From NCBI RefSeq assembly GCF_004010195.1, contig NC_057753.1, positions 12,514,415-12,578,414 of the forward strand: 64,000 nt of DNA. The letters run 5' to 3'. This document shows positions 63,370-64,000 of this stretch, one piece after another. The notes under the pieces were generated by a model. It was not told where the DNA came from, ran no database searches, and saw only the letters and a list, made by a program, of their open reading frames with translations. The stretch comes from Chiloscyllium plagiosum. Lineage: Eukaryota. Within the stretch, counting starts at the first letter, position 1. Each line of letters begins with the position of its first letter. The position numbers and the translations under genes were made by a program.

Positions 63370-64000
63370 TGTCAATGGCACAACTCTGAGAGGGTGCGGT
63401 CAATGCAGGACTGAGAGCGTACAATATACTAAATAAAGGAAGTGAGCTTGCAGAGTAGATTGAAATTGCCGGGTACGATGTTATGGATATCAGATACACG
63501 TGACTGCAACGGTATTAGAGCTGTTCACGAACCATCCAAAGATACTTAAAGGACAGGCACTTGGGCAGAATGGTGGTGTTGTTTTGTTAGGAAGAAATGA
63601 ATTTTAATCATGAATATGAAGTAATTTAGGGTTGGGATGCGTCGAATGTGTGTGGGAATGTGTTGAGAAGCAACAAAGGAAAAGAGACCCTGGTGGAATT
63701 AATGGAAAGGCCTCACCGGGCGCAAAAAACAATCAGGAAATGGATAAGGCATGTAAGAATTACAACAATCATGGGGGATTTAAGTATGTAGGCGGATTGG
63801 GTAAGTAACGTTGGTCACGGATTCCCCAAAAATGATTCTGTGAAATATCTACAAGTTGTTGTTTTTAACGCATCTTGTGGTAGAACCCATGAGCAAAGGA
63901 TAATTCTGAATTTGGCGAGAAGCAATGAGGCAGACCTGAATTGCTAGCATAAGTTGAAGGAAATCGTAGGTGATAGTGACCATACTATTAGAGAATTTAA
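63370..64000 (+). mobile_element. Decayed CR1 endonuclease region
   Basis: ATCATGGGGGATTTTAA (IMGDF) and GGTGATAGTGACCAT (GDSDH) APE landmarks. Confidence 0.75.

Overview
Repeat-rich vertebrate genomic DNA, almost certainly from a cartilaginous fish (shark): it carries HE1-like tRNA SINEs, many CR1 LINEs, Penelope-like elements and a Gmr1-type LTR element. The intact host genes are three paralogous two-exon class-A GPCR genes of the GPR139/GPR142-like type, all on the minus strand. Each has a 70-nt coding exon 1, a phase-1 intron and a ~0.9-kb exon 2. They are interspersed with at least five clear, and several weaker, decayed T-cell-receptor alpha/delta-type V segments (leader, V exon, 23-type RSS) in both orientations, plus C2H2 zinc-finger pseudogenes. 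The most striking signal is a 21-bp block 76-88 bp upstream of each GPCR start codon (TTAATTnnYYCYCTRGAGAYT, followed at fixed spacing by a TATA-like box). It resembles the homeodomain (Lhx2) + O/E (EBF) composite site of olfactory receptor gene control elements, suggesting, as inference only, that these receptors are an unrecognised shark chemosensory family. Also present are a ~760-bp near-palindrome and minimal hammerhead ribozyme motifs in Penelope-derived repeats. All calls were made by eye; repeat boundaries are approximate.
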